From contig NW_027191455.1 of the NCBI RefSeq assembly GCF_011745625.1, positions 1,054,001 to 1,118,000 on the forward strand: 64,000 nucleotides of DNA. The letters run 5' to 3'. A program made the position numbers and the translations under genes. Under the pieces are notes generated by a model. That model saw only the letters and a list, made by a program, of their open reading frames with translations, was not told the DNA's origin and did no database searches. This document shows, one piece after another, positions 33,077-45,542 of this stretch (the stretch's first letter is position 1; every line of letters starts with the position of its first letter). Source of the stretch: Cladosporium halotolerans (lineage: Eukaryota).

Positions 33077-35334
33077 ATGGCGCCTTTCTACCATGTAGCT
33101 GGCGGCCTCGCCATGCTGTCCGGGCTGGCAGCAGCAAAGTACGACGAGTACATCCTGGCACCGACATCTCGTACGCTCTATCCCGCCAAGGTCCATGGTT
33201 CCAATGGCACAATTACCGGAGCAGAGAGTCTCATTGGAAGCTCCGGAGGCGAAGCCGTCTTTGATGGTGTTGCCGCGGTCACCTACGACTTCGTGAGTCC
33301 ATCGAGTAATGCCTACGCGACGAAGTTCTAAAGTATCGAAGGGCAAGAACATTGCGGGCCATGTGAGCCTGCAAATCGGCAACGTGGACGAAGACCAATT
33401 CATTGGACTTACCTTTACGGAAAGCTCGCTTTGGATCTCGAATATCTCTTGCGACGCTACTCAGGACGCTGGGATGGACGAGCCCTACTGGTTCCAGCCA
33501 ACGGATGCAGGCAACTACACAACCGACTCTGACCACGAACGCGGTGGCTTCAGGTACCTGACGCTGGTTCACAACACCACAGGTAGCATTGCCGTCGAAT
33601 CGGTCTCTGTGTACTTTACTGCCATGCCTCATTACGAAGAAGACCAGATTGCGAACTACACTGGTTACTTTCACTGCGATGACGAGCTGCTGAACCGTAT
33701 CTGGTACGCGGGTGCATACACGAACCAGCTTTGCACTGTAAGTATCCTAGCTTGCTTGTTTGGCGCTCAAACGGTCCCACTAATAATCCTCCCACAAGAT
33801 CAACCCCCAGACAGGCAACTCGCTTGTGCACCCTGAGTTCCGATCCAACATGACCAACGACGATGTGGGACTTGTCACATGGTACAATAACTTCACCATC
33901 GCCAATGGGTCTGCTGTACTCACCGACGGTGCCAAGCGTGACCGCCTCATCTGGCCAGGTGACATGGCCATCGCCGTGCCCGCAATTGTCGCATCTTACT
34001 ATGACATTGAGTCCATTGAAGACTCTTTGAACTCGCTCTTCTCTCTTCAGAACGAATCTACTGGTCAGCTTCCGTACGCTGGTATTCCGTTCACTGAGCG
34101 CGGATTGCAGTCGGACACATACCACCTATACAGCCTCATCGGTGTCGCTGACCACTTCCTCTACACTGGTGATCTCGATTACGTTGAGGGCAAGTGGAAT
34201 CAATGGATTGCCGGTCTCAACTACTCTCTTTCAACGATTGACGACAGTGGCATGGCCAACATCTCTTACTCGAACGACTGGCTTCGCTTCGGCATGGGTG
34301 GCCACAACATCGAGGCAAACTCAATTCTGTACTACACCATTCAGCAGGGCATCATGCTTGGGAAGGCTGTTGGCGCTGAGCAGTCGTTGCTGGATTCTTG
34401 GGCACGGTCTGGAGAAGGCGTCAAGTCTGCCGCCAACGAGCTGCTCTGGAATGAGACCGCTGGCTTCTACCACGACAATGAGACCACCACCCTTGCACCT
34501 CAAGATGGCAACGTGTGGGCAGTCTTCGCGAACCTGACAGACTCCCAAGAGAAGAAGGAGCGAATCAGCACTGGTCTTTCATCTCGCTGGACCGAGTACG
34601 GCGCTCCGAGTCCCGAGGCCGCAAACGCCGTCTCGCCGTTCATCACTAGCTTCGAACTGCAAGCACACTTCCTCGCCAACAACGCCAGCGCTGCTCTTGA
34701 CCTGACAAGGCTACAATGGGGCTTCATGCTTGACGACCCTCGCATGACCAACTCTACTTTCATCGAAGGCTACCAGGCAGACGGCGAGCTGCACTACGCT
34801 CCGTACAAAAACGACCCGCGTGTCAGCCACGCGCACGGCTGGGCGACCGGGCCCACCTCAGTCCTGACCTTCTACATCGCCGGTCTGCACCTCCAGAGCG
34901 ACGGCGGCCAGACCTGGGAGATCTACCCGCGCCTGGGCGACTTGCAATTTGTCGACGCAGGCTTCTCCACCCGCGTCGGAGCTTTCAGCGCCCTTGTCAA
35001 CGCCTCTGAGGGTGTCGTTACTGCGATGGAGTTTTCCACTCCCTCCGGCACCAGCGGTACCGTCCGCCTTCCTGGCCTTAGCGGTTCCCTCATGAGCTCG
35101 AATGGCTCTTCCATTGCCCTTGTTGATGGCGAGGCATCCGATGTCCCCGGCGGAAGGTACACGCTAATGACTGCTGGCGGCAACGGTACTATTGGAGGCA
35201 ATGGCACCATGGGAGGAAACGGCACGACGCCGACTGGATCTTCTCCTCCCGCGCAGTACTCGGGCAACAGCGCTGCGACCCTCTCTACGAGCGCTATTGC
35301 ACTGCTTGCTGCGGGCTTTGCTTGGTTCTTGTAG
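33077..35334 (+). CDS. GH78 alpha-L-rhamnosidase, secreted, with a GPI-anchor-like C-terminus
   Basis: Signal peptide; introns 33293-33341 and 33738-33798. RGGFRYL, LLNRIWYAGAYT, DGAKRDRLIWPGDM, SHAHGWATGPT. C-terminal (GGNGTx)3 spacer plus hydrophobic tail. Confidence 0.92.
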
Positions 35335-35732
35335 TGAGTACGACTGATGTTATATCAAGGCAATTCAAGTCTAGCTATTTGTATGATCACATCGCATTAC
35401 TTCCACAATGATTCAACCGATCGTCCGTCCCTGATGCTGCCATCCACTCATCATGGAGTATCGCGTCGGCACAATGAACCCTCACGGGAATCTCAATCGG
35501 GGCTGTGCAAGTCTTGTTTGGTTGTCTCAGCGCCCGCATGCCATCGCATGCCTCCTGGAATGCATTCCTGCCACACCACCACAACACGATCCAAAAGCTT
35601 GGCCCGGCGATTTATCCCTGGCTCCGCGCCCAGCCGAACATGAACCGTACACGAGCACACCGTGTTCTCAAATCCAAATCACCCCATATTCACGCAAACA
35701 ACCCCTACCAAACCCACCAACAAACCACAACC

Positions 35733-36113
35733 ATGAACCGCCTAACAGCCACCCTCCTCACCCTCACGGCGACCGCCGCAGCCCAAGCCGCCTACCCAGC
35801 GAGCAACATGACTACGCACATCATGCCGATGAACTGCACCAGCGCCTGTACGACCGTCATCGAGCCCTGCACAGAGTCCGCTCCGATGCCCTACGGCACC
35901 GGTTCCTGGACCCCGACTCCCATGCCGCCGCCGCCCACCGGCGGCTACACTCCTCCTCCACCCGTGACGTGGTCACCGCCGTCGCAGCCCTCGACTACGA
36001 GCGAGCCGCCCGCGTCTTCGCCTCCGATGCGTTATACCGGGGCGGCGTCCAGGCTGGAGATGGCTGGTGGGCTTGTGTTGGCGGCATTGGGGTTGGCGCC
36101 GGCTTTGGTGTGA
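35733..36113 (+). CDS. Small secreted Pro/Ser/Thr-rich, probably GPI-anchored, cell-wall protein
   Basis: 126 aa. Signal MNRLTATLLTLTATAAA, three Cys, Pro-rich linker, YTGAA omega-like region, hydrophobic tail GGLVLAALGLAPALV. Confidence 0.8.
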   Translation: MNRLTATLLTLTATAAAQAAYPASNMTTHIMPMNCTSACTTVIEPCTESAPMPYGTGSWTPTPMPPPPTGGYTPPPPVTWSPPSQPSTTSEPPASSPPMRYTGAASRLEMAGGLVLAALGLAPALV

Positions 36114-37399
36114 TTACAGATCGATTGAGGATTGCAGGTTGAGTGACTTTGGTCGGTAAGTCTTGCTCTACGCGTTGCGGATATCATTTCATTGTCGCTC
36201 CTCGCTAACGCTATTGCAGTGCATTCGTGAGACGTCGGGAGGCTTTTTGGGGCGTACGTGTTCTGTGTCTACTTTTGCAAGAGGCAAGACACTACCTAGG
36301 TACTTTATCTCGGCTTGTAGCATGGTTTCGGAGGCTGGCTGGGTGCCCGAGACGCGTCGGTGAGGAGTCTCTGTTCGGATCGGCGTCCGGACGGACGCTG
36401 GTCAACGGCGTTAGGGAGCCTTGTGTTCGTTGAAGAATCGTCATTCTGAATATTCCTCTATTGGTTAGATGATAGCTCAACTAGACAGTAGGCAAAACGT
36501 AATGGAATTCTAATACCATGCATCGCTCCTGAGTGACACCCATTCCTAAGTTGAGTGGAGTGTTGCTGAAACAGCGAAGTTCATTGATCAGAATTCGAAG
36601 TGTCACCTGGCACTGAGGGAATAAGCAAATTCGATGTTCTATCAGTTCTGAACATGTTTCAGAGTAGTTTGAGGACACAAATAATCAGTCTAGCAGATTC
36701 AAGGTCAAATCTAAAGACATGGGACAAATGAAGTGCGTTTTGGATACGCTCGACGGGTTTACTAGGGTTAGGGTTGGGGGTACATTGACCAGCGGATACT
36801 TCGTCGAACCTGCGGCCTCTCTTCTTTCAAGAGAAAGTTTTACGCAACCGCGCTACCATCTTTTACTCACATTCAGGCTGTCAATGCGAGATTGCGCGCC
36901 GCAACCCGGACGAGGACGCCTCGCTAGTCTCGCGGGACTCCGAAGGCGGAGAGAAGGTCTTGGGGTTGCTGCCGCGTTCTTGGTGAATTCTGGTTGAACT
37001 AACTTCCAAGACATTCGGACCATGATTGGCCGAGACCTTCAGTACCAAGAATTCAATGATAAGGACTTGTGGCTGTCGCGTTTTGCTCAGGTGGCAGAAT
37101 TACTGTACGCTGCAGAATGTCCCGGCTCTTTGAACTTTTGCCTCTGGCACGCGTGGCATGTTTGCCTTATCATCTGTAGGGTGCACAACGAATGCTATCA
37201 TTATGAGAGTCGGCCCGCTAAATGGTTGTTATCAGTGTGCATTGCATCTCCTGTTTGGCCTGTCATGCTCGTCAGGTTCGAGTGCGTAGCGATAGTGAAC
37301 TTTGTGTCAAAATATATACCTACGGTCCGTCGTCGACTCGGTTGCTCTGTCGCTCGAGATACCGCCCTCTCAGCAATCTGATTGAACCCTCCTTCCATC

Positions 37400-39035
37400 A
37401 TGGGTGGATCACTTCAAGACCATGTGGACGTCGAGCAAGACATGCAGGCTGGTTCGACGTACGTCCCAGACCTCAACGACAAGGCCATGGAGAAGCGCAT
37501 TGTGCGAAAGATCGATATGCGCATTCTTCCATTCATCTGTATCGCATACCTCATCAACTTCCTCGACCGAGTGTGTCCTCATGAATCCATTGCACCATCC
37601 AGGTCTGGGACTGACATCCAATGCAGGTGAATCTCGGCAATGCCCGAACCTTGAACAACGATATTCCCGAAGACAACATCGTCAACGAGCTCGATCTACG
37701 CGGCAACAGGTACAACCTTGCCGTCGCAGTGTTCTTTGTCCCTTATGTGTTTTTCGAAGCACCCAGTAACTTCGCCATGAAGTATTTTTCGCCTTCGGTC
37801 TGGATCGGTCGCATCATGATAAGCTGGGGCATAATTACAGTCTGTACTGCAGCGGTCTTCAACTTCTCCGGTCTGCTCGCCATCCGATTCTTCTTGGGCG
37901 TCGCGGAAGCAGGGTTCTTCCCTGGTGTGATCATGTACCTTTGCTATTGGTACAAGCCATCGGAGCGAGCAACACGTATGGCGATCTTTGCGGGCTCTGT
38001 CGCTGTAGCCGGCGCCTTCAGTGGTCTCCTTGCCTCGGGCATCTCGTTCCTGAACGGCAAAGCCAATCTGGCCGGCTGGCAGTGGTTGTTCGTCCTGACC
38101 GGCATTCCAGCCGTGCTTTTTGGCGCCGTGGTCTGGATTTGGATGCCAAACTACCCGCAAGACGCCAAATTCCTGACGCCCGAAGAGCGTGCGTTCGCAG
38201 TCGCCCGCATGGGTCCTTTCGCGCCTCAGAAGGAGGATAAGACATTCGACCGCAAGATCGCAAAGCAGACGCTTCTCGATCCGCTGTTCTGGATCTATGC
38301 GACCTCCTACTTTTTCATGGTCAACTCGCTCAACTCATTCAGCTATTTCTCCCCTACCATTGTGGCCAACCTTGGCTTCTCTGGTTACACCGCGCAGCTA
38401 CTCACCGTGCCTCCCAATGCGTTCGCGCTTGTTATCATCGTCGGCAACGCCATCCATTCCGATTACTCAAAGGAGCGCATCGGTCACGCAATGGGCGCTC
38501 TGGTCCTCGTCGGCACAGGCTATCTCCTTCTCGCGGTGCTGACGAACTGGATCGGCCGCTATGTTGCCGTATTCTTGATCGCGTGCACCAATGCAGCAGT
38601 TATGCCTTTCCTGGCTCACCGCACCGCAACTGTGTCGGGTTCCACGGCTACGGCTCTCGCGACCGGTGTCACAATCGCCATCTCCAACTGCGGTGGCATC
38701 AGTGCGCCTTTCCTATTCCCGAGTGCGGACGGACCCGAGTATGCCATGGGCAACGTAAGTTCTTCCCTATCCCTCACAAGCAGCCACCGTGAAACAAATA
38801 CTGACTCTTCCGCCAGTGGACTGTCTTTGGCATGCTGTGTGCCACGTTCCTTATGGTCATCTACCTTGGCTTCAAGTTGGGCATCAGCTCAGAGTATCGC
38901 GATTTCGCGCCGGGTGCACAGGAGCAGTTAGCCCAGACCATTAGCGTTGAAGGGAAGATACCGGACGAAGGGAGGGACTCTCGGGAGTTTCCATCTGCCA
39001 CGGCCAAAGATGTGGAGGTGTCTCAGAACAAGTAA
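37400..39035 (+). CDS. MFS transporter, allantoate/nicotinate permease (DAL5/TNA1) family
   Basis: Introns 37571-37626 and 38755-38816. VRKIDMRILP, FLDRVNLGNA, FEAPSN, RFFLGVAEAGFFPG, GWQWLF, AQLLTVPP. Confidence 0.92.
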
Positions 39036-40019
39036 ACTCTCGCTTCGAGAATCACATAGATTGTTGTTGCACCACCATACCGGTTGAAAAAAAAAGACTT
39101 TTCTTCTACCAAACCTCACAGCTGCGTGCTCGGAGGCCTTACAATCGTTTGCAAATTAGCCTCTTCCGAGTAGGCGAAATGTCGGCATCGGTTGCGCCAG
39201 GTTGTCACGGTCCATAGGTTTGAATCTCAAAGGGGCCATTCTGGTAGGGCCGTCCTCGTTCGGCATGGATGAAGACAATTCCGCGCATATTAGAAATCCA
39301 GCATAACTTCTCCGGATCCGAGCACATGCCCGTCGTTGGTCAAACATTCGGCTGCCGGTGAAAAGCCGGTTAGGTTGTCCACCCAAACACAGCCTTCTTC
39401 TTGGCGTCCCACTTTTGATTGATTAGATTACGGCCGATTCTTGCAAGCACGCCGATGCCATGTGTTCCAGACGTCCGCGCGCTCCATACACTGAAACCGG
39501 GTCTCCATTCATGCGCCCATGCCAGGATCTTTAAGCTCCAGATCTTCTGTTTCGAGTCTTCTGAACGTCGTCAGTGGCCCGGATGAGGCGTCTTCAAGGC
39601 CAAAGCTCCGGCACCTGCAGGATTTTGCTTGGTCTCAGGCCTCAGTTCAGGGCTTAGGTTCGGCGGTGGTTCGATATTTGGCCTTTGCGACAACCAGGAT
39701 GTTGCACCTCGTGGTCCACGTAACGCACTGTTAGGGCTCGAGAGCAAAAACTGCAAGACTTGGCTCGAATTTGTGATCCGCGATGTGTCTTCACGGAGTG
39801 ATGCCGCAGGGTCGCTGTCAGGCACGTCGAGCCTTGGCCAGACTCCAGTCTTCGATATAAAAGAGACCTGGGGCACAATGTAGGTATTGTTAAGCGTACC
39901 ATTCTTTCAATCGCTCTCCACCCACCGCTGGTCGGTCAAACAAACTCTACACTCATTCCTACTAAGTATTGACACCATTGCACCTTCTCCCTCTTTATTC
40001 CTGCAACACATACATCGCC

Positions 40020-41693
40020 ATGCATTTTACCAAGTTGGCGAAATGGCTCAGCGTTGCCGGACTTGCCGCCGCCGCTGAATACGACTACATCATCGTCGGA
40101 GGTGGCCCGTCTGGAATCATCACTGCCGAACGACTGACCGCAGCAAACAAATCCGTCCTCCTGCTGGAGCGCGGTCAAGGCCCGACTGTCGAGACTGGAG
40201 CCAACGCCACACTCCCCTGGGATGATCAGCTGACCTACATTGACGTTCCTGGTTTGTCTGCCAGCATTGGCTCCACAGACCTCTGGACAAAGTACGTCTG
40301 TAGCGACACTCCAATGGCCGTCGCTTGCGTTCTTGGTGGCGGTCCGACAGTCAACTACATGGTTTTCGTCCACCCTCCCGAGCGCGATTTTGACGACAAG
40401 TGGCCGGTTGGTTGGAAGTGGAACGACGTTCAGTCTGCTGCTGAGCGTCTGTACAGCCGCAACCGTGGCACAACCCTCCCATCTGCAGACGGCAAGCGCT
40501 ACTCCCAGGGTCTCTACAACTCTCTCTCCAAGGTCCTTAATAGATTCGGCTTCCAGTCTGTCGACATGATCGAGGAGCCAAACACAAAGCACGAGATCTA
40601 CAGCCATCCTTCCTGGAACATTGAGAACGAGATGCGTGCCGGTCCACTCCGGACTTACTTGCCGCTTGCGAAGGAACGTGCCAACTTTGAGCTGCGCACT
40701 GGATCAAAGGTCATCCGTCTCGTCCGTGACGGTGCCCATGTGACCGGTGTCGAGGTTGAAGCTGGCCTTGGCGTGAACTCGACCGAGGTCATCTCCGTCA
40801 AGCCCAATGGCAGAGTTGTCCTCGCTGCCGGCAGCATGCAGAGCCCTCGCGTTCTGTGGAACTCGGGTATCGGCCGCTCTGCAGAGATCGAGACCGCCAT
40901 CAAGAGCGGCGTCAAGGTTCTTCCTCGCGATCAGTGGATCGACCTTCCCGTCGGCGAAGGCCTCAAGGACCACCCCATCTTCTCCATCACCCTCCAGTCC
41001 AACGACAGGTTCGCTCCGCTCGACGCAAAGTCGATCGTTAACGGTACCGCACTCGCCGAAATTACCGCCTATGAAGACGACCGCTCCGGCTACCTGACCG
41101 AGGGCAAGCACGAGTTGATCTTCTTTACCTCACGCAACGCCACCGACGGTCAGACCCGCTACTTCCAAGGCTCTTGCGCCGCCGACTCCAAGGGTGTCTT
41201 TACCATCAAAGTCTATCTGACGCACGGCGCGACCTCCTCAGGAACCCTCAGCCTTGACGAGCAGCAGGCTACCTACATCTCCGAGGAGCCGTACATCACC
41301 ACCGAGGCAGACAAAAAGGCCGCTACCGCCTTTGTCGCAGAGATGCTGAACAAGCTGCAGTCGCGCGGCACCGGCTACTCGCTCGTAAAGCCGACGAACG
41401 TTTCGTCGATCATCGAGAACTACTCCGCCGGTAGCCACTATGCTGGTACGACCAAGATGGGTCTGGACAGTGGTCTGGAGAACGGTACTTCTGTTGTTGA
41501 CCTCGACACCAAGGTCTATGGAACTGATAACCTGGTGAGGAGTTTCAAAACAATCAATAATGTGATCGTCGCTAATTTCTTGCAGTTCATCGTTGACGCC
41601 GGCATGCACCCCGATCTCCCGACTGGTAACCTGCAGGCCATCGTCATGGTGGCTGCCGAGGCTGCTGTCGCCAAGATTCTTGCATTGAAGTGA
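40020..41693 (+). CDS. Secreted AA3_1 cellobiose-dehydrogenase-like flavoprotein (GMC oxidoreductase), no cytochrome domain
   Basis: Signal peptide followed directly by YDYIIVGGGPSG; DVPGL, CVLGGGPTVN, catalytic His (GSHYAGT) and Asn (PTGN). In-frame intron 41535-41585. Confidence 0.9.
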   Translation: MHFTKLAKWLSVAGLAAAAEYDYIIVGGGPSGIITAERLTAANKSVLLLERGQGPTVETGANATLPWDDQLTYIDVPGLSASIGSTDLWTKYVCSDTPMAVACVLGGGPTVNYMVFVHPPERDFDDKWPVGWKWNDVQSAAERLYSRNRGTTLPSADGKRYSQGLYNSLSKVLNRFGFQSVDMIEEPNTKHEIYSHPSWNIENEMRAGPLRTYLPLAKERANFELRTGSKVIRLVRDGAHVTGVEVEAGLGVNSTEVISVKPNGRVVLAAGSMQSPRVLWNSGIGRSAEIETAIKSGVKVLPRDQWIDLPVGEGLKDHPIFSITLQSNDRFAPLDAKSIVNGTALAEITAYEDDRSGYLTEGKHELIFFTSRNATDGQTRYFQGSCAADSKGVFTIKVYLTHGATSSGTLSLDEQQATYISEEPYITTEADKKAATAFVAEMLNKLQSRGTGYSLVKPTNVSSIIENYSAGSHYAGTTKMGLDSGLENGTSVVDLDTKVYGTDNLVRSFKTINNVIVANFLQFIVDAGMHPDLPTGNLQAIVMVAAEAAVAKILALK

Positions 41694-42071
41694 ATTTTCT
41701 TGATAGCAACTTAGCCAGAGCACCCATTAATACAAGATCGACCAGATGGCAAATAGATGCGAAGTTATGACAAACGTTCTACTCTTGCAGGCACGTGCAC
41801 GCCTTCTGATGTTGGTACAAATACAGGTAATGACGGGCCACACCGGCGTCTCACCGTGGCTTTGGGTGGCGACAAATTTGGGGGCTGAAATGGTACAACC
41901 GGTTTCCATAGACGCCTCAGCCTCGCACCTGCAATTGCACGACATCGTCAGCCGCAAATGCGCAGACTAGGATGTGGCATGTATTAAGCGCAAGGCATCG
42001 CGATCTTAAAAAACAAGCTCACGACCTGCCGCTTCAGTTCGTGTTCAAAACAGCATTTTGCCTTGGCAGTC

Positions 42072-43579
42072 ATGCCAACGTTCACTTCGTTGCCTTTGAG
42101 GTTTGAATCAAAGCCTGTTCACACCTACGACATCAAAGCTGAACCGATCCCCGGCTTCGGTACTATCAGGCGAGTCACGAGGACGAACGCGGAGCTGGAA
42201 TCTTGGCTCTCCGTCACACCGACAGCGCCAGGTGGGACTGCAGCCTCAAACTGCGTACTGCGTTTAATGTAACTCCGTTTCTTTCGTCAGGTGGACTAAC
42301 GGATACTGATTAGCCGCCTAGACATCTTCAATGCGAGACATCAAAGGATAGGTTCAGAAAGAACGGCAAATGCTTCAAAGTTCACCTGGAGGAGTCTCTA
42401 TGCGAGCGGATTTGTAGATCCTGGGATCTCCCGGTTGATCTATGCGCATGGCTAGGCGAGGTTTCGGACGTGTTGTATCTGTCATTGACGAAGAGGGTGC
42501 CAGTATTGCGAAGCAGAGCTGTAGGCCAACAGCCTTTTCCTCGTCTTTACTCGGGCTGATGAACCACAATCACAGGCTATGTCTTCAATTGCAAGTCTGA
42601 CCCGGACGACAAGAACAATGCGCTTTTGATAGTGAAATACACGCTCGCGATCCCGTTGACGACGGCTGTCTTGGCCACCTCTCGGCCCGTCGACGGCACC
42701 GACCTCTCAAAATTCCTTACTTCCGCTCGCAAGGCGGCAGTCGATCCTATGGTTTTACCAACAGCGCTCGCTGACCTCGTAATCTCTTCTGAGGCATGCG
42801 GCCTAGTGTCCATTGATGACGAACTGAACCAGCTGGAAAGCCGTAATGACGAATTGCTAAGGTCAGCTTCCGAGATCTCAACTTCGAGGGAGGCTGAAAG
42901 GACGGCAAAGACATTGAATGCAGTTCGCAGCGCTCTCGGAAGGTCAGAACGGCGACTGCGGAGCCTGGAATGTCTTCTTGGCGCATGTTTGCAGTACATG
43001 CAAGAACTGCGGACTACAATTCCCAATCAGATCCCTCGGCGTGCCATGGACGCCGCTAGCCGAATCTTGAAGGCACACAATTCAAACATGCATAGCGACA
43101 TTGTGCATCTCTTGCTGCAAATACAGAACAACCACGGTCGTGTGCAGACACAACAGCAGTTCGTACGTATTCCAGAAGATCTGCATCCGGTTTCATAGAG
43201 TTCTGACAGAACCTACATTGCAGGTCTACAATCACATGACCACCCGTGAGGCCATATCCAGCCGTCTGATTGCCGCAGCGGGAACGAGAGACGGCGCAGC
43301 AATGAAAGCACTTGCATTGTTGACTACGGTGTTCCTGCCGGGAACTTTCCTTGCGGTAGAAACTCCAAAAGTTTTCCTGTTCACTCGCTTGAAAGCTGAT
43401 TTAGCCAGACGTTGTTTGCCATGCCAATGCTTGATTGGTCGAAGCTCAAAATCCCTATTGGTGGGTTTGCCTTGTACTGGATCGTCACAGTGCTGCTGAC
43501 AATTGTGGTTTTGAGCGCGTGGGCGGTGTGGATGCATGCCAATGAGCGACGTCTGGGCAAGAGTGAGTATGTAGTCTGA
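42072..43579 (+). CDS. Fungal protein with a CorA-like two-TM C-terminus; 5' structure uncertain
   Basis: About four introns. C-terminus RDGAAMKALALLTTVFLPGTFLATLFAMPMLDW..LYWIVTVLLTIVVLSAWAVW is typical of fungal CorA-like proteins. Possible frameshift near 42440. Confidence 0.6.
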
Positions 43580-43704
43580 CACTGCAGTATACAATGAGCT
43601 ATCAACTTTGCTTTTCGATTGGTATCAAGAGGCTGAACAACGCAATCTGCCATTTTGTCAGATTGAACTTCGGCATGCTGATCATCTTGTTGACATTATT
43701 GTCA

Positions 43705-45542
43705 TTATTCCGTCGCTGCTCCTGTGACCTTTCGTTCACCCCGGTCCGGAGCCTGCCAATCGGGCGACTGTCCGACAACGCAGTGAGGTCTCGCTTGGGT
43801 TTTGGAGTGCAGCCGCTTCCACGCATAATAGGTCGCACTCACGATCAAGGCGAAAGCGACGACAGCGCCGACAACGATCCCTGCAATGGCACCGCTACTA
43901 AGAGCATGTGGCTCTGATTCTGGATCTCTGAATACACGTCCGAGTGCATTGTCCGTCCAACCTTGCACGGGTCTGATGAGAGCAGCAGTACCTTCGGGGC
44001 TGCATGAGCAGTCAGTGAAAACCCGGCTGCTTGCATAAAAATTTAGAGCACTTACTCCTTGATTCGTTCCTGTACCTTGCTAGGAACGACATACGTACCA
44101 AATTCTTCCTCTGACCTGAATACGCTTCCCCATTCCAGGCTCGACATGTTGAGAATGCCAAATCCAGCCGTTTTCCAATCACACGGCATTTGCTGTGCGG
44201 GATCAACGTATTCTTTGCCTCCCACGTTGAGCATCTGATCGCCGACCTTATGGCAGGTGTGTCCAAAGCGAGGACTGGTGCCGTTGAAGACCTTCGTCCA
44301 AGTAAAAGAGGGGATGGATAGGATGTAGAGGTCGTCAAAAATAACGTTACTTGACCCTTGGCCCGATTTGAGGTAGATGTTATGGCTGCTACCGTCAGCT
44401 GCCGACGCCATGACAGTGCAAAAGTGAGCTCGGGGCTCGGGAATGTCGCCGGTAGCATTCTGCGAGTACCAGAGCTGCTCACTATCGTTGCGCAGATAAG
44501 CACCAACATCAAACACGGTGATGTTGTCCATGCTGACAAAGGACGCCATCTCCTGACTGTCAAGGCTCGTTGATGGCTTGTATGTGCCGCCCATCAGGAC
44601 CAATATCCCATTACCGCCTATGTGTGGGATGTATACTGCCGCGCCTCGTGTTCTGGGTAAGTTACCAACCACGGCGTCAGTGGATGTATTGACTGCTGTC
44701 TGGCTAGTCGTGTTGATGATTACCATGCCTTCTAAGAATAGCTTCGACTGGCTGTTGAGGTATTGAGTCTGCTGTGAGCTTCCCGAGTCGATTTGTCCAT
44801 TGAAATAGAAAGCAAGCCCGAGGTCCGGTGCCTCAGCAGCTAGGCCATTCGAAGGGCGCATTGGCGATTCAGATGTCACATCATACTGGTCCCACCGACG
44901 AGTGACCGTGTCAAAGGACCATAGAGAATAGATCTGCGTCGTCGGCCCTTCGAAACCGGGGAAACTGTTATTCCACCAGAGAGTTGTCCCACCATAGAGC
45001 CAAATCCACCTGTCTCCATGCTTGCCGGCGAACAACACGCCGTGACTGACTTTTGGAGGTATATTGTGTGTATCGGGGTCCATGGTTTTTTCCAACGCCA
45101 GTTCCGAAGCTTGCGTTTTCCAATCGAACGTCCGAGACAAGTCTACCTTGATTAGATAGGTATGGTACCCAAGTATGGTTGAGCCGCTTAATGCCCCACG
45201 ATCCACACCACCGTCGAGGAATGTCTGGAGGCCGCCGTCAATGTACATCGATCCATTCTTGACAGTGGACTGATGAAACCAGCGCCAACACATATTTTGC
45301 ACAACGTCGAATTCGGACGTCAGTGAGGTGGTGTCGGTGGGCATCATTGATGTTGTGCCGCTCGAAGTATTGGGCATGGCGATGCTAGTCGCCAGTGCGG
45401 TAGCCGCACTCATAAAGGAGGTTGATGCTGAAATCATCGCATTGTCAAAGCCCAAGGCCTCGGAAACGCTTTGAGCAAAGACGTGATGTGAAGCGTCCAG
45501 TAAGCCAAGGAGCAACAGCATAACGGCAAAGATATCCGACAT
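43705..45542 (-). CDS. Kelch/beta-propeller type I membrane (cell-surface) protein
   Basis: Signal peptide; Kelch-like GG blocks (MYIDGG, WLYGG, VLMGG, PEPRAHFC, PRFGHTC); intron 44055-44000; TM helix GAIAGIVVGAVVAFALIV followed by a basic stop-transfer segment. Confidence 0.85.

Noticed and set aside
36755..36780. Telomere-like TAGGGTTAGGGTT
   Set aside because: Only about two units, too short to call an interstitial telomere.
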